Assembly: GCF_036321535.1 (NCBI RefSeq)
Contig: NC_087438.1
Span: 4,652,001-4,716,000 of the forward strand
Length of the DNA: 64,000 nucleotides
Reading direction: 5' to 3'
DNA from: Camelus dromedarius
Lineage: Eukaryota
The notes under the pieces were generated by a model that had not been told where the DNA came from, made no database searches, and worked only from the letters and a program-made list of their open reading frames with translations. The position numbers and the translations under genes are program-made. This document shows positions 61,491 to 64,000 of the stretch, piece after piece (within the stretch, counting starts at the first letter, position 1; every line of letters starts with the position of its first letter).

Positions 61491-63134
61491 TTCAGGGTTC
61501 ATACAATGACTAACCAAGGATGTTTGTAAGTTTCTCTATGGAAAAATCACCATGAGCTGTTGTTGAACTTGACCTTGAGGCAAGTGTTGGTCTGTGTTTT
61601 CCATCCTGGTCAACCCTCCCTGGCTTTCAGCTCTACACTGGTATGTACGCTATTCTCATTATCTGATATTTGTTATTTCATGAGTAATTTAAGAAGTGAT
61701 CCAGTTAGATTGTTTTCGGTAGTTGCTTTATGTTCATCTAAATGGAAATAAGGACAAAAAGGAAAGAGTTGAATGAGACTGTCATTGCAGTTTCTCAAGT
61801 TTCCAGTTATTGATGAATATTTACTGTCAAGATTTCTGTTCTCTCACTTCATTTTATCCCTTTGCTAAAACTCAGTACCTATGTGGGTTATAAAGTGACT
61901 TCCTCATTTTCATTCATTAATGTAGATTTTAAAATTCTTTAAGATTCTCTACTTTTATATAACCATACATTTTGTGGATATTTTAGTAAGACGTCACTTT
62001 CCAAACTCATTTTACAAAGAAATGCTTTAACTTTCTCATTAATGTTAATAGACTTTAGATGGCAAAGCCATTGATGGTGTATAGAATTGCCAGTTTCTAA
62101 GCATAGACTTAGAGATTTTAACCTTATTTAAAATGTTAGGTGTTTTTCTTTACTTTGGATTCATGATTATTTTACTAGCCCCCACAGATGATTCTGTTTC
62201 CATGGTCCAACACTTGAGCCTTCAGAATGCCTGCGGGATTTTCTGAAGTGTACTGAGTGAACTTCTGGTGCTCATTTTGATCGTCAAGGCGAATGAAAGA
62301 CGTTTGTTTTAACAAACAACATACACTGGCTTCCTTTTACGTTTGCCAAGATTCTCAAGAATCCAACGTCATTTTGAGGCATCCTACCTCATAGGTAGTA
62401 TTTCCCATGTGTGCTCTTCCAACTTTTAAGAAATGTCTGTAGTTCAAGCCAATGTAAAGGAGTTCACGGGAAGAATTTGAGCCCCTGCCAGAGTGCACGA
62501 GACACAGCTACCCAAGTGCCCTACGGACTCCCAGCTTACTCATCTCCTGAGGGTCGCAGCTTCCCTGCGGGGCTCCTGGGAGCAGATAGCAAGTGGAGAG
62601 GCTCTGCAAAGGATGCCAGTCTCTTGAGTGTGTTCATTTAACTGTGAAACTTGCCAAGGGGCACTGTGCTGTAAGGAAGGGTGCTCCCCATCCAGCTGGC
62701 TCCCATGGGCTAGCCCAGAGTCTGACAGGACTTACTGAATTGAATTGATTCAAGCTTCTTATTAAAAGGAAGCAGGACAAAATGCTTTGGTATCTATTAA
62801 ATTAACTTCCTTTCTTCAATTCTTTGAGCAACACTTACTTCTACATATCACTCCAGATTCTCCAACAATTGTTTCAAAAAAAAGGGTCCCTAATGAGATC
62901 TCATAATCTTTGGTACCATCCCTTTACTGTGCCAAAGAGGGAGTATTTCCCTGTACTCTTTCCAAACCTGTTTCTTTAGGGTCTCAGCCTTTCAATGGAA
63001 ATGAGCCCTTTCACTTGAAATTTCCTACCTTAAAGTAAAGTTCTGTCCTAACCAGGTGAATTCACTGCACTCTTCTAGAAGTTTCTTTGCTCATTGACAC
63101 TCAGATGTGAGAATTAGAAGAAAACTCTCAAGTA

Positions 63135-64000
63135 TGTTTTAAAATTACATCATTTACTGAGGCATGATATTCACACAGTAAATTCGCCCTCTTTAATGTG
63201 CAGTTCCATCAGCTTTTACAGACGCAGTCATGGCATCACCACGGCACGTTATTCACCAGCTGAAGGTCGCTTGGGTCCTTTCCAGTTTGGGTGATTATGA
63301 ATTAAGCCACTACAAGCGTTCACATGCAGGTTTTGTTGTAAACTTCAGCTCTCATTTCCTTTCGGTAAATGCCTTGACATAGGATTGTTCGGTTACATAG
63401 TAAGCGCAACTTCAACTTTACAAGAAATTGCCAAACCGTCTTCCAAAGTGGTTGTAACTCTCTGCGTTGCCTACCAGGCGTGCATGAGTGTTCCAGTTGC
63501 TCCAAGTCCCTGCGCGCACTTGGTGTTATTACTTAAACATTTTTGTTGTTTAAATTTTAGTTCTTCTAATTAGAGAATAATGATATCTAATTGTGGTTCT
63601 AATTTGCATTTCTCTAATGACTAATTATGTTGAACAGCTTTTCATGTATGTATTTTCCATTCATAGGTCTTCTTGGTAAAGCGTCTGTACCAATCTTTTT
63701 CCCATTTTTAGGGAGCTTGTTTATTTTCTTTACATTGAATTTTGAGAGTTATTTATGTCTTCTGTACGCAAGTTCTTTACCAAGTATGTTCTTTGAAAAT
63801 ATTTTCTTCCAGAAAGGCAGCTTGCTTTGAAAATTTTATTAACAGAGTCCTTCAAGGAAAAGGAATTTTTTATGTTTTATAAAGTCCAATTTATTGATTT
63901 TTTTTCTTTTATTGTTCATGGCTTAGTGTTTAAGAAATCTTTGCCTAAATCTAGCTCATTAATATTTTCTCCTGTGTTTCCCAGTAGAAATTTTGTAGTT
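63135..64000 (-). mobile_element. L1MB/MC-like element running off the window end
   Basis: 'gaaattgccaaac.gt.ttccaaagtggttgta', 'aatttgcatttctctaatgactaat.atgttgaaca.cttttcatgt', 'tttaagaaatctttgccta'. Confidence 0.9.

Overview
This is mammalian nuclear DNA, not prokaryotic. It is most likely camelid (Camelus/Vicugna/Lama), based on two copies of a short tRNA-derived SINE of the camelid type and artiodactyl-type L1 3' ends. I recognise no host protein-coding gene. The only ORFs that resemble known proteins are broken LINE-1 ORF2 fragments (22.7-24.7 kb, minus; 55.3-55.5 kb, plus). Much of the window is interspersed repeat: many MaLR (MLT1) solo LTRs, L1, L2, MIR, two MER45A DNA transposons and a MER41-like ERV1 solo LTR, several of them nested up to four deep. 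The non-repeat part has a CpG island at about 12.46-13.26 kb abutting a 0.6 kb AT-rich minisatellite, and smaller CpG/GC-box patches at about 31.8, 43.7 and 49.4 kb. It also has an AP-1-motif-rich stretch at 37.7-52.5 kb and several exon-like segments on both strands. I found no convincing novel biological system. The best leads are possible unannotated spliced transcripts (lncRNA or small-ORF) with their regulatory cluster, and a GC/CpG-gain signature in ancient repeats. Repeat family names come from recalled consensus sequences, boundaries are approximate unless a target-site duplication (TSD) is cited, and all need RepeatMasker/Dfam confirmation.
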